Notes under the pieces: generated by a model
What the model saw: only the letters and a program-made list of their open reading frames with translations
Databases searched by the model: none
What the model was told of the DNA's origin: nothing
DNA from: an uncultured Pelagibacteraceae bacterium
Lineage (GTDB): Bacteria > Pseudomonadota > Alphaproteobacteria > Pelagibacterales > Pelagibacteraceae
Length of the DNA: 64,000 bases
NCBI GenBank assembly: GCA_902597865.1
Contig: CACJZL010000003.1
Location: forward strand, 12,934-76,933
Direction of reading: 5' to 3'
Shown: piece by piece, positions 12,674-23,474 of the stretch
Layout: the number at the start of each line of letters is the position of its first letter
Position numbering within the stretch: the stretch's first letter is position 1
Made by a program: the position numbers and the translations under genes

Positions 12674-14005
12674 TTATTTAATAGACCTTTTTACAATATT
12701 TATACATTTTTTTAATAAATGAATATTGTTTGACTCGCCCATAATTCTGATTTTAGGCTCTGTGCCAGATTTTCTTACAAGCATTCTACCGTAATTTTTA
12801 ATTATTCTTTCAGATTTTTTAATAGCAACCTTACATTTAGTAGAATTAATAACTGATTTATCTTTAACCTTTACATTTTCTAATATTTGAGGTGTTAATT
12901 TAAATAAGTCAAAAAGCTCACTAGCCTTTTTCCCTTTTCTCATTGAAAATAGAATTTCTAATGCAACTAATAGCCCATCACCTGTTGTTGCAAATTTGCC
13001 AAGTATAATATGCCCAGATTGCTCTCCACCTAAATTAAAGTTTTCTTTTTGCATTTTTTCCTTAACATATCTGTCTCCTACATTAGCTCTGATAAATTTA
13101 ATTTTTTGATTTCTAAAAAAATTTTGCAATCCATAATTTGACATTAGGGTGCCAATTACACCACCTTTTAGAATTTTCTTTCTTTTCCATCTTGTTGCTA
13201 GCATCGCAATAATTTTATCACCATCAACAATGTTCCCCATCTCGTCAGATACAATTATTCTGTCTGCGTCGCCATCTAAAGATATTCCAATATGAGCTTT
13301 GTTTTTTCGAACTAAAGATTTGATCTTTTGCGGAAAGGTTGAGCCACAATTATCATTAATATTTAAACCATTTGGAGAAGTCCCATACTCAATTACTTTT
13401 GCACCCAAGCTTCTTAATAATTTTGGTCCAGATTTATAACCTGCTCCGTTAGCACAATCTATTGCAATTTTCATTCCTTTCAATTTAAAACCTCTTGGAA
13501 AGTTATCTTTTAATATTTTTATATATTTATCATTTGCATCCTCTAATCTCTTTACTCTTCCTAAAATTTTTGGTTCAGAAAGATTTTTTGCTATTTTAGA
13601 GTCAATTAGTTTTTCAATTTTCTTTTCAATTTTGTCAGAGAGTTTTAGGCCATCTGGTCCAAATAATTTTAGTCCATTATCATAATATGGGTTATGAGAC
13701 GCTGTAATCATAATTCCCATGTTGGCTTTCATCTTTTTTGTTAACATCGCTAATCCATTTGTTGGTAGAGGCCCAAGCGTGTAGACATGCATTCCTGCTG
13801 AGGTCAATCCAGACACCAATGCGGGCTCAAGTGTATATCCTGAGAGTCTTGTATCTTTTGCTATAATAGCTGTTTGTTTTGATTTTTTCTGATTTTTAAA
13901 ATATGTACCTGCTGCTAGGCCAAATTTAAAGAACATTTCACCATTAATTTTGGTCTGGTTAACCTTCCCTCTAATTCCATCGGTTCCAAAATATTTTTTA
14001 GTCAT
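12674..14005 (-). CDS. glmM: Phosphoglucosamine mutase
   Basis: FGTDGIRG, TASHNP phosphoserine motif, DGDADR, GGEQSGH, RKSGTEP. Confidence 0.96.
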   Translation of the reverse strand: MTKKYFGTDGIRGKVNQTKINGEMFFKFGLAAGTYFKNQKKSKQTAIIAKDTRLSGYTLEPALVSGLTSAGMHVYTLGPLPTNGLAMLTKKMKANMGIMITASHNPYYDNGLKLFGPDGLKLSDKIEKKIEKLIDSKIAKNLSEPKILGRVKRLEDANDKYIKILKDNFPRGFKLKGMKIAIDCANGAGYKSGPKLLRSLGAKVIEYGTSPNGLNINDNCGSTFPQKIKSLVRKNKAHIGISLDGDADRIIVSDEMGNIVDGDKIIAMLATRWKRKKILKGGVIGTLMSNYGLQNFFRNQKIKFIRANVGDRYVKEKMQKENFNLGGEQSGHIILGKFATTGDGLLVALEILFSMRKGKKASELFDLFKLTPQILENVKVKDKSVINSTKCKVAIKKSERIIKNYGRMLVRKSGTEPKIRIMGESNNIHLLKKCINIVKRSIK

Positions 14006-15055
14006 TTAAAATTTTAGAGATTTAAAAACTTTGATACTTTGATTAACTTCATTTACATCGTGAACTCTTAAAATCTGAATGCCATGCATCATAGCGCACA
14101 AACTAGATGATATAGTTCCTCCTAGTCTTTCCTTACTATCGTTTATCCCAGAAATGTCCTTAATAAATCTTTTTCTAGAAGTGCCTAACATTATAGGAAA
14201 TCCAAGTGAATGAAAAATAGAAATGTTTCTTAATAAGGTAATATTATGTTTCAATCTTTTTCCAAAACCAATTCCTGGATCTAAAATAATATTCTTATGA
14301 TTTATACCATTGTCCTCTAGTTCTAAAATTTTATTTTGAAAGAAGTCATAAATATCTAGCAAGACGTTTTTATACGAAGGTTTTATTTGCATTGTTTTTG
14401 GATTACCTTGCATGTGATGAATTATAAAGGGGGTTTTTTTATTTCTTAGGATTTTTAATGTATTAGGATCATAATTGAGTCCGGAAACATCATTAATGAT
14501 GTGGACACCATATTTTAAACTTTTTTCCATTATGGCACTTTTTCGAGTATCAATAGATATTACATTTTTTAATTTTTTTGTTTTTTTTAATACCTCCTTA
14601 ATCCTTTTCCACTCAGTTTTTTCATTTACATCATTTGATCCTGGTCTTGTAGACTCTCCCCCTATATCAATAATTGATGATCCTTTTTCAATAAAATGTT
14701 TTATTCTTTTTAAAGCATCTTTATGATTATTATATTTTCCACCATCTGAAAAACTGTCGGGAGTTAAATTAACAACTCCCATTATTAGAGGTAGAGACTT
14801 AAACTTTAGTTTAGAAAAGTTTTTTTTTTTAGTTATATTTTTTATATCTAATTTTACTTTTTTTTTTAAATTTTTACTTAAAAAATTTAATTTTGAAATG
14901 TGGATTCTTTTTTTCTTTTTTCTTGTTAAAAGTTCTATTGTATCAAAAGAAATTTTATCATTTCCATGAAGTGGGAGAGCAAGTTTTTTATTGACCATCA
15001 AGGTTGAATGGTCACCATAATAGAAATTACACGCTCTAGTGTAATATTTTAACAT
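14006..15055 (-). CDS. folP: Dihydropteroate synthase with N-terminal extension
   Basis: IMGVVNLTPDSFSDGG, DIGGESTRPG, DPGIGFGK, SRKRF, RVHDV; ftsH-folP-glmM synteny. Confidence 0.96.
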   Translation of the reverse strand: MLKYYTRACNFYYGDHSTLMVNKKLALPLHGNDKISFDTIELLTRKKKKRIHISKLNFLSKNLKKKVKLDIKNITKKKNFSKLKFKSLPLIMGVVNLTPDSFSDGGKYNNHKDALKRIKHFIEKGSSIIDIGGESTRPGSNDVNEKTEWKRIKEVLKKTKKLKNVISIDTRKSAIMEKSLKYGVHIINDVSGLNYDPNTLKILRNKKTPFIIHHMQGNPKTMQIKPSYKNVLLDIYDFFQNKILELEDNGINHKNIILDPGIGFGKRLKHNITLLRNISIFHSLGFPIMLGTSRKRFIKDISGINDSKERLGGTISSSLCAMMHGIQILRVHDVNEVNQSIKVFKSLKF

Positions 15056-15061
15056 TAAATA

Positions 15062-16969
15062 TTAATGAACAATTTTTGGTTTTAAACCAATTGATCCTAA
15101 AGCGGAGTCAGAACTTTCATCCTCAACTTTTAAATCTTCCTTGTTAGGCGGATATTCGTTTTTGTTAATTATTTTTGCTATATCCTCACCAGTCAAAGTT
15201 TCATATGTTAAAAGAGCTTTTGCTATTTTATGCAAATCATCAATTTTGCTTGTTAAAATAGTTTTTGCTTGATTGTAACCTTCGTCAACAAGTTTTCTTA
15301 TTTCTCTATCAATTTTTTGAGCAACAGCCTCTGAAACACTTTGTGTTTGTGTTACAGATCTTCCAAGGAAAACTTCCTCTTGATTTTCACCATATTCAAC
15401 AGGACCAAGTTCCTCACTCATTCCATACTTGGTAACCATAGCTCTTGCTAATGAGGTTGCTTGGTTAATGTCTGAACCATTTCCCCCACCTGCGCCTGTG
15501 GATATATTATCTTTACCAAATATAAGCTCTTCGGCAACTCTTCCTCCAAAGCACACAGCCAATCTTGCTTTCAAATATTTAATAGAGTGACCATGTTTAT
15601 CTCTTTCTGGTAGATTCATGACCATTCCCAAAGCTCTTCCTCTAGGAATGATTGTTGCTTTATGTATTGGATCGTAATTTGGCAAGTTAAAAGAAACTAT
15701 TGCATGTCCACCTTCGTGATAAGCAGTTAATTTCTTCTCATCTTCTGTCATGACCATAGATCTTCTTTCGGCACCCATCATCACCTTGTCTTTTGCATCT
15801 TCAAATTCTTGAGATGTTACAATTCTTTTATTTTTTCTCGCAGCTAACAATGCAGCCTCGTTAACTAAATTAGCAAGATCTGCTCCTGAAAATCCAGGTG
15901 TTCCTCTTGCGACAGTTCTTAAATTTACATCTGGAGACATAGAAATTTTTTTAGCATGAACTTTTAAAATCTTTTCTCGACCTATAATATCTGGATTTGA
16001 AACTACAACTTGTCTATCAAATCTTCCTGGTCTTAAAAGCGCTGGATCTAAAACGTCAGGTCTGTTAGTTGCAGCAATAATTATTACACCCTCATTTGTA
16101 TCAAATCCATCCATCTCAACTAGTAATTGGTTTAATGTTTGTTCTCTTTCATCATTGCCTCCACCTAAACCTGCGCCTCTACTTCTTCCAACAGCATCTA
16201 TCTCGTCAATGAAAATTATGCATGGTGAATGTTTTTTACCTTGTTCAAACATATCTCTAACTCTTGAAGCACCAACTCCAACAAACATTTCAACAAAGTC
16301 TGATCCGGAAATCGTGAAGAAAGGAACACCTGCTTCACCGGCAATAGCTCTAGCAAGTAAAGTTTTTCCTGTACCTGGAGGTCCTACTAACAAACAACCT
16401 CTTGGTATCTTACCGCCCAATCTACTAAATTTTTTTGGATCTCTCAAAAACTCTACCACTTCTTGAACTTCTTCTTTTGCTTCCTCAACTCCAGCAACAT
16501 CGTTAAAAGTAACTTTCCCTTTAACCTCATTCATCATCTTTGCTTTTGATCTTCCAAATCCCATGGCACCACCTTTGCCACCTTGCATTTGTCTCATAAA
16601 GAATATCCAAACAGCGATTAAAAGTAACATTGGGAACCACGATAAAAGAACTCCAAACAAAGATGGCATTTTCTCATCAAGTGGAGCTGCAGATATACTT
16701 ACACCTTTATCAGTTAATTTTTCTATTAAGTTTGGATCGTTCGGTGAGTATGTTGAAAAAACCGATCCATCGGCCATAACACCTTTAATATTGTTACCTT
16801 GTATCTGAACCTCTACAACCCTTCCATTATCAACCTCTGTTAAAAATTCGGAGAAAATAATAGTTTTATTATTTTTGTTTTGAAGATTTTGTGGATTCTT
16901 GAACATGTTGTAAAGACCTATAGTCAAAACAACAATGATCACCCACATAGCTAGATTCTTTAAATTCAT
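15062..16969 (-). CDS. ftsH: ATP-dependent zinc metalloprotease FtsH
   Basis: Two N-terminal TMs, [44 protein letters not shown] zinc motif. Confidence 0.98.
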   Translation of the reverse strand: MNLKNLAMWVIIVVLTIGLYNMFKNPQNLQNKNNKTIIFSEFLTEVDNGRVVEVQIQGNNIKGVMADGSVFSTYSPNDPNLIEKLTDKGVSISAAPLDEKMPSLFGVLLSWFPMLLLIAVWIFFMRQMQGGKGGAMGFGRSKAKMMNEVKGKVTFNDVAGVEEAKEEVQEVVEFLRDPKKFSRLGGKIPRGCLLVGPPGTGKTLLARAIAGEAGVPFFTISGSDFVEMFVGVGASRVRDMFEQGKKHSPCIIFIDEIDAVGRSRGAGLGGGNDEREQTLNQLLVEMDGFDTNEGVIIIAATNRPDVLDPALLRPGRFDRQVVVSNPDIIGREKILKVHAKKISMSPDVNLRTVARGTPGFSGADLANLVNEAALLAARKNKRIVTSQEFEDAKDKVMMGAERRSMVMTEDEKKLTAYHEGGHAIVSFNLPNYDPIHKATIIPRGRALGMVMNLPERDKHGHSIKYLKARLAVCFGGRVAEELIFGKDNISTGAGGGNGSDINQATSLARAMVTKYGMSEELGPVEYGENQEEVFLGRSVTQTQSVSEAVAQKIDREIRKLVDEGYNQAKTILTSKIDDLHKIAKALLTYETLTGEDIAKIINKNEYPPNKEDLKVEDESSDSALGSIGLKPKIVH

Positions 16970-17030
16970 AATATTATAAGTTAAGAATTATTCTAAATTT
17001 AACAAGTGCTAAATTGTTACACAAATGAGT

Positions 17031-18095
17031 TTATTTTGTGTTTTCCTTAGAAATAACTACTGAATTCTCTATTTTTTCAATAACACATCCTCCTATAGTT
17101 GTTTTGGTCAAGGATTTTTGTTTAATTTGATTAATAATCCTTGAGACACCCTTGCCTCTAGCGGGAAAATATCTGCCGCTAATATCTTGTAAAATTTTTG
17201 TAAAGGACCTTAAAATTATTTCATCAGTACAACTAAAAAACTTTAAAGATAAGAGTGCTTTATTATTATTATTTTTTGACGGACTGATATAAGAATTCTC
17301 ACTGATATTTTTTTGTACGAAAAATTCAATTGAGTTATTCGAGGATATTAAATTTTCAAAAGTCATTTTAAACTTTTTTTGATCTAGGCCATCTTTTTTA
17401 AGATTATTAATCATAAACCTTACCCGTGATCTCAAATACTCTAAGCTTCTATTTGATGGATCATCTATATAGAAGTTAAAGGTATTTTTAGTCACGTGCA
17501 ACAAATCTTCTTTTGAAAAATCAAGTAATGGTCTAACAATATTAATATTATTTCTTTGCAAATTTCTATAATTATAAAAGGATACTAGTCCCTTAAGACC
17601 AGAGCCCCTTAATAATCTTATGAAGAAATTTTCTTGAAAATCATCAAAATGGTGGCCTAATAATAATGTATTAATTTTTTTTGTTTTGCAAAAACCATCG
17701 AATACCTTAAATCTGTAGTCTCTAGACTCTGATTGAGTTTTTTTAGTATTTGTCTTTTTTTTCCACGTAATTATCTTGCACTCAATTCTAAATTTTCTTA
17801 AGATTTTTTTTAAAGTCCCGGCCTCTTTCGAGGATTTATCTCTTAGTTTGTGATCTACATGAACATAGTGAAAGTTATTATCTTTATTTTTAATTTGATA
17901 ACATTTTGAAAGATATGCTAAAGCAAGACTATCTGCACCACCAGATACTGCAACTAAGTACCCTTTGAATTCTTTCTGTTTAATTAAAAATTCAAATCTT
18001 TGATAGATTTTTTTTATTCTTTTATCTTTTATTTGAGGACTAAAAATTGAATTTTTAAGATTTTTTCTTTTTACACTCGAACTTTTTTTCTTCAT
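17031..18095 (-). CDS. tilS: tRNA(Ile)-lysidine synthetase
   Basis: PP-loop AVSGGADS, VDHKLR, LLGHH.DD..E.F..RL.RGSG..GL, RPLL, DDPSN, RSRVR. Start uncertain (18095 chosen; track gives 18128). Confidence 0.93.
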   Translation of the reverse strand: MKKKSSSVKRKNLKNSIFSPQIKDKRIKKIYQRFEFLIKQKEFKGYLVAVSGGADSLALAYLSKCYQIKNKDNNFHYVHVDHKLRDKSSKEAGTLKKILRKFRIECKIITWKKKTNTKKTQSESRDYRFKVFDGFCKTKKINTLLLGHHFDDFQENFFIRLLRGSGLKGLVSFYNYRNLQRNNINIVRPLLDFSKEDLLHVTKNTFNFYIDDPSNRSLEYLRSRVRFMINNLKKDGLDQKKFKMTFENLISSNNSIEFFVQKNISENSYISPSKNNNNKALLSLKFFSCTDEIILRSFTKILQDISGRYFPARGKGVSRIINQIKQKSLTKTTIGGCVIEKIENSVVISKENTK

Positions 18096-19014
18096 ATTTT
18101 GCTTTTTGAAGAACTGATTGTTTTGCATCAGGATATTCTTTTTTAACTCCTGTAATCATTAAACACCCTTGATCTTTTTCTCCAATTTGCACTAATGATA
18201 CTCCAAGCTTAAGTAAATTTATAGCTGCTTTTTCACTTTTAGGATATTTTTGATAACCTTCTAAGTAAGCAGAAGCAGCATCTGTATAAAGTTGTCTAAT
18301 TCTAAATGTTTCTGCATACCAATATTGTGCGCTACCTGCCATTTTATGTTCAGGATTTGTCATTACAAATTCTCTAAGCGCTCTCTCTGCAGTCGTGTAG
18401 TCTCCTTGTTTTAAAAAACTAGTGGCAAACTCGTATTGTTTATCGGGTTTATCATTAGGTAAGATTTTTTCCTCTGACACAAATTTTTCAGTTATGACTG
18501 TTCCAGTTGTATCTATTGATTGAGTTTGTTGTGTTAATTCATTTGTTTCTGATGACTTGTAAGATACTGCGCCAAGATCTTGCGGTTGAGAAGAGCCAGG
18601 TAAAACTTTTTTCTTTGATGTAATTTTTTTATCAGTATCCTCACCTTCTAAATTTTGGAACCTCAATTGATTATCTGCTTGAACTTTTGATAATCTGCTT
18701 GATAATTTATCGATTTTAAAATTTATTTCCTCGAATTTATTTGTCAAATCTTGAAATTGTTTTTCTATCTCAGACAATTTTAATAAATGTCTTGTAAGCA
18801 CATCTTCATCATTTGAGCTTAATTTTGTTTTGCCAGTTGTAATTATATCTGAAGACTGTGAGTAAACAGCTTTTTCTAAAGTTTTTAAATCTTTTTGTAA
18901 TGTTTTTATTACTTCCAAAGTTTCTGTTTCTTCTGCCTTGACAAAGGAAATAATTGAAAAAAGAAATATTATTAAAACTAATACACTTTTATTTATATAC
19001 TCTAAAAATTTCAT
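18055..19014 (-). CDS. cpoB: Cell division coordinator CpoB (YbgF), TPR protein
   Basis: Signal peptide, coiled coil, C-terminal TPR (AQYWYAE, YP...A..LLKLG.SL, YP); follows pal. Confidence 0.9.
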   Translation of the reverse strand: MKFLEYINKSVLVLIIFLFSIISFVKAEETETLEVIKTLQKDLKTLEKAVYSQSSDIITTGKTKLSSNDEDVLTRHLLKLSEIEKQFQDLTNKFEEINFKIDKLSSRLSKVQADNQLRFQNLEGEDTDKKITSKKKVLPGSSQPQDLGAVSYKSSETNELTQQTQSIDTTGTVITEKFVSEEKILPNDKPDKQYEFATSFLKQGDYTTAERALREFVMTNPEHKMAGSAQYWYAETFRIRQLYTDAASAYLEGYQKYPKSEKAAINLLKLGVSLVQIGEKDQGCLMITGVKKEYPDAKQSVLQKAKYEEKKFECKKKKS

Positions 19015-19041
19015 TACTTGATTTCTATCTATAATGATGGC

Positions 19042-19078
19042 AAAAAAAAGACCCCAACAACTTGTGTTATTGGGGTCT
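19042..19078 (-). terminator. Rho-independent terminator downstream of pal
   Basis: Minus strand AGACCCCAATAAC-ACAA-GTTGTTGGGGTCT hairpin followed by a U-run, starting 14 nt after the pal stop. Confidence 0.88.
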
Positions 19079-19092
19079 GAATTTATAAATTA

Positions 19093-19566
19093 TTAGTTAG
19101 CTTTTACTGTTACTGATCTTCTGTTTTTTGACCAAGCTAAAGGATTTGAACCAGAGTCAACCGGTCTTTCTTTTCCATAACTTATTACTGAAATTCTATT
19201 TCCAGATATTCCATAAGTCATTAAATAATCTTTAGCTGCATTAGCTCTTCTCTCACCTAAAGCTAAGTTATATTCTCTTGTACCTCTTTCGTCAGCGTGA
19301 CCTTCAAGAACTACATTTATTTTTGAATTTTTTCTTAACCATGAGGCTTGTTTTCTTAATGTTTCTCTTGAAGCAGTAGTTAAAACTGTTTCATTAGTTG
19401 CGAAGAAAACTCTATCTGGCACACCTGAAGCTAAATACTCAACTGTGTCTTTTCCAGTGTATACGTCACCTTGCATTTTGCCTGTAGTTTTTACAGCACA
19501 TGCAGATAATAGAATACTTGCAAAAAATACTAGCAAAGTATTTCTAAAAATTTTGTTTAAACTCAT
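19093..19566 (-). CDS. pal: Peptidoglycan-associated lipoprotein
   Basis: Lipobox LSAC, EGHADERGTREYNLALGERRA, SYGKERP, NRR; SD AAGGAG upstream. Confidence 0.97.
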   Translation of the reverse strand: MSLNKIFRNTLLVFFASILLSACAVKTTGKMQGDVYTGKDTVEYLASGVPDRVFFATNETVLTTASRETLRKQASWLRKNSKINVVLEGHADERGTREYNLALGERRANAAKDYLMTYGISGNRISVISYGKERPVDSGSNPLAWSKNRRSVTVKAN

Positions 19567-19605
19567 TACTGCTCCTTAAAAGTTAATTTTTTACCTTTTC
19601 ACAAC

Positions 19606-19634
19606 TAAATAGATCTTTCAAGCTCAAAAATCAA
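19606..19634 (-). promoter_or_regulatory. Putative pal promoter TTGATT-N17-TATTTA
   Basis: Hexamers with 17-nt spacing in the 100-nt tolB-pal gap; AT-rich background lowers specificity. Confidence 0.4.
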
Positions 19635-19666
19635 GGAATTATTAATTTTTTTTGAAAATACCATAA

Positions 19667-21016
19667 TTAATCAGTTAATAATGACGACCAAGATGGGTCT
19701 GAAGCATCGGTCTCGGTTTTAACCATTCTTTCGTTATATCCAGTAAGATCTATAGACCAAAGTTTAGCCGAAAAGCCTTTTCCTGCTGAGTCTGATTTTG
19801 TCTCTCTATAAAAAATTAAAACTCTTCCATTAGGGGACCAGGAAGGAGCTTCTTGATAATAGTTTTCTGTAAGTAATCTTTCGCCAGTTCCATCTGTTCT
19901 CATTACGCCAATATAAAACTTTCCTTTATGAAGCTTTGTAAAAGCTATCAAATCACCTCTTGGAGACCACACGGGTGTTCCGTAAAGACCATTTCCAAAA
20001 GATATCCTTTTAACTTTTGAACCATCACTTCTCATTACATAGATTTGCTGATACCCACTTCTATCTGAGTTAAAGCAAATATATTTACCGTCCGGAGAAT
20101 ATGATGGCGATGTATCAATTGATGGATGGTTTGTGATTTTTTCAACCTCTCTACTTTCAAGGTCCATAGTATAAATATCTGAGTTTCCATCTTTAGCAAA
20201 GCTCATAATAATTTTTTTTCCATCAGGAGAGAAACGTGGAGCAAATGTCATACCAGGAAAGTCACCAACAACTTCTTGTATTCCAGTTTCAATATCTAGT
20301 AGGTACACTCTAGGTAAATTTTTAAAATAAGATAAATAAGTAACCATTTGATTTGTTGGATTAAACCTTGGTGTTAACACTAATTCATTTCCTAAAGTTA
20401 GGTATTTAGTGTTAAATCCATCTTGATCCATAATTGCTAATTTCTTGATACGACTTGTTTTAAGTCCTTCTTCAGCGACATAAATAATTCTTGTATCAAA
20501 ATAACCTTTTTCACCTGTTAGCCTCTGATAAACTTTATCAGTAATTATATGTCCAACTCTTCTCCAATTTTCTGAAACAGTGGTAAATGCTAATGCCATA
20601 ATTTCTTTTCCAGCTAAAACATCCCATAATCTAAACTCAACTCTAAGTTTTTCATCAACTATCTTCACTTCCCCTGTTATCAAAGCTTGAGCTTTAATTA
20701 ATGCCCAATCTTCAAATCTAGGTTTTACATGAGCTATATCTGGTTTTTGTAGAAAAGCTTTTGGATCTAATGGATTAAATAAACCTGATTGTCTTAAATT
20801 ATTTTCAACAACTTTTGATATTTCAATACCTATATCCTCAAGTTTTAATAAATCTTTAAATTTATCTTTAGAATTTTGATCAACAGATAATGGCGATACT
20901 GCTAGTGGCAAAGGATTTAGATTACCTCTGGTAATATCTACTTCTATTAGTGACCAAGCTTTGCCCCAGTTAAAAACAAATAAACAGACATAAATTAAAA
21001 AAATAAATTTTCTCAT
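19667..21016 (-). CDS. tolB: Tol-Pal beta-propeller protein TolB
   Basis: Signal peptide, [12 protein letters not shown]40 repeats (PRFSPDG, PSYSPDG, PVWSPRG, PSWSPNG). Confidence 0.96.
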   Translation of the reverse strand: MRKFIFLIYVCLFVFNWGKAWSLIEVDITRGNLNPLPLAVSPLSVDQNSKDKFKDLLKLEDIGIEISKVVENNLRQSGLFNPLDPKAFLQKPDIAHVKPRFEDWALIKAQALITGEVKIVDEKLRVEFRLWDVLAGKEIMALAFTTVSENWRRVGHIITDKVYQRLTGEKGYFDTRIIYVAEEGLKTSRIKKLAIMDQDGFNTKYLTLGNELVLTPRFNPTNQMVTYLSYFKNLPRVYLLDIETGIQEVVGDFPGMTFAPRFSPDGKKIIMSFAKDGNSDIYTMDLESREVEKITNHPSIDTSPSYSPDGKYICFNSDRSGYQQIYVMRSDGSKVKRISFGNGLYGTPVWSPRGDLIAFTKLHKGKFYIGVMRTDGTGERLLTENYYQEAPSWSPNGRVLIFYRETKSDSAGKGFSAKLWSIDLTGYNERMVKTETDASDPSWSSLLTD

Positions 21017-21825
21017 CCTTGAAGCATCTCCCTTGCATCAAAATTTAGTTGTATTTCTTTCCATCTCTCATAACCAGTTGTTGGAACTCTTAAGGGCTGA
21101 CACAATCTAATTGCTCTTAGAGCACTTTCTGCCAAAACTTTATAGAAACCTTGTCCCGGTTTGTTCATTCTTGCATGATCAAGAATTTCAGAGTTTATAA
21201 TAGTGCCATCAGGCTTTAAATTAAGTTTAATTCTTACAAGAAGATCTTCATTATATGGTAAGCCTAATGGGATACTCCAGCATCCAAAAATTTGGGCTTT
21301 AAGAGCATCTTCTTCATTTAAGGTCAATCCAGAGGAAATAACACTTTTTCTCTGTGATTGAGTAATCTTATTATCATTTTTAATCATCTCTGCAGTTTCT
21401 TCTTTTGATTTATCAATTAATGCGGCAATATTGTTTGGATCAAATAATTCTTTTTTTTCAAATTCTGAAACTTGTTTAATTTCATCATCAATTTTTTCTG
21501 GGTTTTGTTTATCCTCTTCTGGTTTTTTTACAATATTTTTTTGTTCATCCGGTAATGGTATTGCGTCTGGTTTTTCTTTTTTAACTTTTTTGGGGGGTGC
21601 TTGCTCAGAAACAAGTTTTTCTTTTTCTTTCTTCTTTATTTCTTCAATAATCTTTTTCGCCTTAGGAGCGTAAGGTATAGATGTTTTGTCAGTTATTTGA
21701 ATAAGTTCTATGGAAATAATCGGTGGAAGATCTATTGGTTTTTTTGCTAAAAAAGGAAGGCTCAACGCTGTTATAATTATAAGAAATAAATGTAGTAAAG
21801 ATGATATAATGATATTATTAGCCAC
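21013..21825 (-). CDS. tolA: TolA (alphaproteobacterial type)
   Basis: N-terminal TM with SxxxH (SSLLH), K/E/P-rich linker, C-terminal QIFGCW...[14 protein letters not shown]; between tolR and tolB. Confidence 0.88.
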   Translation of the reverse strand: MANNIIISSLLHLFLIIITALSLPFLAKKPIDLPPIISIELIQITDKTSIPYAPKAKKIIEEIKKKEKEKLVSEQAPPKKVKKEKPDAIPLPDEQKNIVKKPEEDKQNPEKIDDEIKQVSEFEKKELFDPNNIAALIDKSKEETAEMIKNDNKITQSQRKSVISSGLTLNEEDALKAQIFGCWSIPLGLPYNEDLLVRIKLNLKPDGTIINSEILDHARMNKPGQGFYKVLAESALRAIRLCQPLRVPTTGYERWKEIQLNFDAREMLQG

Positions 21826-21831
21826 TATCGA

Positions 21832-22248
21832 TCACCTCTCTTTATAAGGCTCTGAAATAAGCGCAACTTTTGTAAATCCTGAACCTGAAAGCATCCCCAT
21901 AACTTCTAAAACTCTTCCATAATTGATTGTCTTGTCGCCTCTTACATATATTCTTGTGTCTGTTCTGTTTTTTGAAACAGCTAATATTTTAGCAATTACG
22001 TTATCAAACTCAACTTTAGACTCTTGAATAAAAATCTCCCCTTTTGAATTTATACTTAAGGTTAATGGTTCTTGTTCCTCAGGAAGAGAGTCAGCTGAAC
22101 TTTCTGGTAGATCTACTTGAACACCAACTGTCAATAATGGTGCTGTGACCATAAAAACAATTAAAAGAACCAACATTACGTCAACAAATGGTGTTACATT
22201 TATTTCACTTATTGGATCTTTAGATTTATTTTTTAAATTAAAAGCCAT
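21832..22248 (-). CDS. tolR: TolR
   Basis: EINVTPFVDVMLVLLIVFMVTAP, RGDK...YG..V.VM. Confidence 0.96.
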   Translation of the reverse strand: MAFNLKNKSKDPISEINVTPFVDVMLVLLIVFMVTAPLLTVGVQVDLPESSADSLPEEQEPLTLSINSKGEIFIQESKVEFDNVIAKILAVSKNRTDTRIYVRGDKTINYGRVLEVMGMLSGSGFTKVALISEPYKER

Positions 22249-22251
22249 TAG

Positions 22252-22926
22252 TTAAATAGTAGAGATGAATCTTTTGGCAAAATTTTCTAATCTTTGAGAA
22301 TATTTTTTTGAGTCGTTATTAAATTTGTTATAAGCTACAACCGCAGGAATAGCTGCTAATAGGCCGAGAGCTGTTGCAAATAATGCTTCTGCAATTCCTG
22401 GCGCGACAATAGCTAAACTTGTGTTTCTTGAAACTGCAATTGACTGAAATGAATTCATAATTCCCCAAACTGTTCCAAACAAACCAATAAACGGTGCTGT
22501 TGAGCCTACTGTGGCCAAAAACGAATAATTTTTTTCAAGCTTATTAACTTCATTTTCTATATTAGACTCTAATAAACCTGAAAGCTTTTCATTTAAATTA
22601 CTTCTAGATCTTGATTTAAGAACAACTTGCATGGTCTTTTTAAAAACATTTGACATTGGATCATCAATATTTGCTGGTAAATTATTATAGAAACTTTCGG
22701 CAGATCTTGATTTCCAAAATTTTTCTTCAAACTCTTGGGTTGATAAATTTATTTTCTTAAATAACTTGAATTTTTCTATAATTATCGCCCAAGTATAAAT
22801 TGATGCTGCAATTAACAAAACGATGACTGATTTTACAATTATGTCTGCTCTAATAAATAGGCTCCATAAAGAGAAGTCTACAGAACTTCCTAGTCCCACA
22901 GATTGTGATGCTATATCGGCTTCCAT
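22252..22926 (-). CDS. tolQ: TolQ
   Basis: FLATVGSTAPFIGLFGTVWGIM, VAPGIAEALFATALGLLAAIPAV. Confidence 0.96.
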   Translation of the reverse strand: MEADIASQSVGLGSSVDFSLWSLFIRADIIVKSVIVLLIAASIYTWAIIIEKFKLFKKINLSTQEFEEKFWKSRSAESFYNNLPANIDDPMSNVFKKTMQVVLKSRSRSNLNEKLSGLLESNIENEVNKLEKNYSFLATVGSTAPFIGLFGTVWGIMNSFQSIAVSRNTSLAIVAPGIAEALFATALGLLAAIPAVVAYNKFNNDSKKYSQRLENFAKRFISTI

Positions 22927-22982
22927 GAAAAATCTTTCACACTAAAATGTGTCATCAATTTGACCTGAAAGATCAAATAAAT

Positions 22983-23471
22983 CTAATATTTAGCGTTTTG
23001 GTAATAAAAACTTGAAATAAGTATCGCATCCGCTTTATTAGCATCTTTTTTTTTTGACAATTTTGACGAAAAGTATGGATAAATTTCAATAGCTTTTGTC
23101 CTGCTAGCATCTTTGTTTGTATTTATCAAATTAAAGAATTTTTTCCATTTAACCGGCGAAACAAAGTCCATTGGAATTTGCATCGCAGAAAAAATTCCTT
23201 TCAACACTCCAAAAGACTGTCCAAAATTAAACATGCTAGTAACTCCTTGTCCTGGCATTGCAGAAACTTGTTCGATCACAGCTACTACTTTCGACTTATC
23301 TTCTCCTTCTACAGCTTTTTGAATTTCGTTAAATATTTGAGAAGCATTAACTTGGGATTTATTTTTTTTTCCTACAGCCATTTTTGGCATTTCAAATACA
23401 TCCACTATTTTTCCATCTTTAAATAAACATATAGCACCATTAATTCCAGGATCTATTCCAATTATTAACAT
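22983..23471 (-). CDS. Holliday junction resolvase, RNase H fold, MOC1/phage-like rather than canonical RuvC
   Basis: IIGIDPG..GA, IEQVSAMPGQGVTSMFNFG..FG, VSPVKWKK, KDASR..A, KKDANKADAILI; occupies the ruvC position after yebC. Confidence 0.8.
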   Translation of the reverse strand: MLIIGIDPGINGAICLFKDGKIVDVFEMPKMAVGKKNKSQVNASQIFNEIQKAVEGEDKSKVVAVIEQVSAMPGQGVTSMFNFGQSFGVLKGIFSAMQIPMDFVSPVKWKKFFNLINTNKDASRTKAIEIYPYFSSKLSKKKDANKADAILISSFYYQNAKY

Positions 23472-23474
23472 TGC

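Noticed and set aside
14790-15055. N-terminal extension of FolP as a novel fused domain
   Set aside because: Similar extensions occur in other alphaproteobacterial FolP proteins; no independent motif recognised.
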